The notes beneath the pieces were generated by a model. It made no database searches. It saw only the letters and a program-made list of their open reading frames with translations, and was not told the DNA's origin. From contig NW_021834241.1 in NCBI RefSeq assembly GCF_006345805.1, positions 1-64,000 on the forward strand: DNA of 64,000 bases. Direction: 5' to 3'. Positions 62,395-64,000 of this stretch are shown here, one piece after another; the stretch's first letter is position 1, and each line of letters opens with the position of its first letter. Position numbers and translations under genes: made by a program. This DNA comes from Octopus sinensis (taxonomy: Eukaryota).

Positions 62395-63914
62395 AAGATT
62401 ACACATAATATTCAGTATACTGCAGAAAAGAGAATGGATTTCTAAAAGAAGAGACCTATATGTTTGTAACACTAACACTGTATTTTCCAGCATAGTGTTC
62501 AAGATATCCAGGCTGAAATTTAGAGCCATAAAAAGGTAGGCCAACTTAAGCACTAAAACCAAAGAATTCCATGTGAAAAGCAGCAGGATTTGAAAAGTTA
62601 TTGATGATGTTTAAATGTTTTCTCTCAGTTTACTATGATGACATATAAAAAAAAATTTAATTATTTCTTAATTTTCTTTATAATTACTTTCTGTTTGTAT
62701 TGATGTGAGATTATAATTGCAAATAAAAGCAAATATTGAATATCAAAGTTGAAATAATTAAACATGGAAACTTGCTCTTTATTTCCACCTTTTTTTCACC
62801 TTGTGAAATCTTTCACCAAAAATGCCTGTTCAATCAAAACATACCTAGAAAGAAAAATCTCTGGTAAAATGGTTATTTGAGAGAAAAGTGGGAGGATCAA
62901 TTCATATGATGAATATAGATTTAAACATCGAGTTTTTGACAGAAAAAAATCTACCTTGACATATACTATGTTGTCTTGTATGCTGGAAAATACACTAAAT
63001 GAAAAATTTAATTAATAAATGTCCAGAATGATTTCATTATTATAATTACTGGTTATCAAAGAGTTCAAAATATTTCAAGTTTTCAGAATGAAAGGTAAAG
63101 ATGAAAGGTAAAACAGAAGAGGGTCACCTTGGTTTTAGGCTAGCCAATGATCAACTTCATCAACTCCAAAGCAGCCTTTAACATGAGCTGGTGAGAGACT
63201 CTACAGAAGATGACAGCTGTAAGTACAGACTTTAAGGTAGTACATATTATAAGGGAGCTATAAAACAATACCAAGTGTACTGTAATCATTGGTGGTTATA
63301 TGACAGGGTCTCATCATCAGAATGAAATAATAGTTATAATGGTGCATTGTTTGCATACTTAGCATTTCATTACAAAGAGTCAAGGGAATGTTGTATTGCT
63401 GACAAATCATCATAACTGAATTTAAAGTTATTCAACAGTTAAACCCTGGTAGAGCCCTTGGTATATTTCATGTGTGACATAGCTATGCATTGATTCTTGT
63501 GGTTGTATTTTGCTATTAGTAAAGCTTCTGTAGTTACTTTTCCCATTTTTATTGAACTGTGCATAAAATGTAATGCAGTCAACTTGATATTTTTGTATCA
63601 AATTTTATTTCAAGTACTGCGTTATAATGAAATGTGATGGGTCCTTGTTCTAAAATATGGTCATCCATTGAGAGAGTGTGAAGGTATCAGTTGACAACAC
63701 AGAAGTTCTTGAAACATTAATAATCTAATGGCTTTAGGAATAATATTGTTTCAAATAAAATATCAAAGACAACTAAAAAAAAAACATTATGGAAACTCCT
63801 TGATACAAAAAGAATAAACTAAATTATTGTCATGTCCCAAATATAATCTATATATTAACAACAATGTTCCTACCTTCATAAAACATGTAATGCTCAAGGG
63901 AAGTAACTCAAATA

Positions 63915-64000
63915 TCATCATCATCATCGTTTAACGTCCGCTTTCCATGCTAGCATGTGTTGAACAAATGCCTGAGGGCTGGCGAACCAGATGGCTGCAC
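63915..64000 (-). mobile_element. RTE LINE 3' end (family D), cut by the window edge
   Basis: (cat)n cgtttaacgtccgctttccatgctagc. Confidence 0.8.

Noticed and set aside
63087-63218. 132-nt segment with good splice signals (ttttcag ... CT|gtaagt)
   Set aside because: All three frames contain stops; it could only be non-coding, and nothing supports that.

Overview
AT-rich, repeat-saturated eukaryotic DNA, most likely intronic or intergenic sequence from an octopod cephalopod. This attribution is inferred from the tRNA-derived SINE families and the microsatellite load. No intact host gene or functional ORF can be supported: most ORFs in the track are translations of microsatellites and SINEs. 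Recognisable content: (1) more than 30 copies or fragments of several modular tRNA-headed SINE families; (2) two RTE-clade LINE 3' fragments, many 5'-truncated copies of one, and an internally deleted non-autonomous derivative of the other; (3) a CR1/Jockey-type RT remnant; (4) a decayed Penelope-like (PLE) RT; (5) fossils of several Tc1/mariner lineages, a hAT MITE and a non-autonomous Helitron. The most striking unannotated signal is a set of minimal type-I hammerhead ribozyme motifs with palindromic stem III, the PLE dimer-cleaving type. Several lie inside fold-back palindromes, including a nearly perfect 820-bp palindrome (35957-36776) with one intact hammerhead on each strand. A second signal is two locally templated inverted insertions inside one transposase fossil, consistent with template-switch repair. 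Repeat boundaries are read by eye and are approximate.
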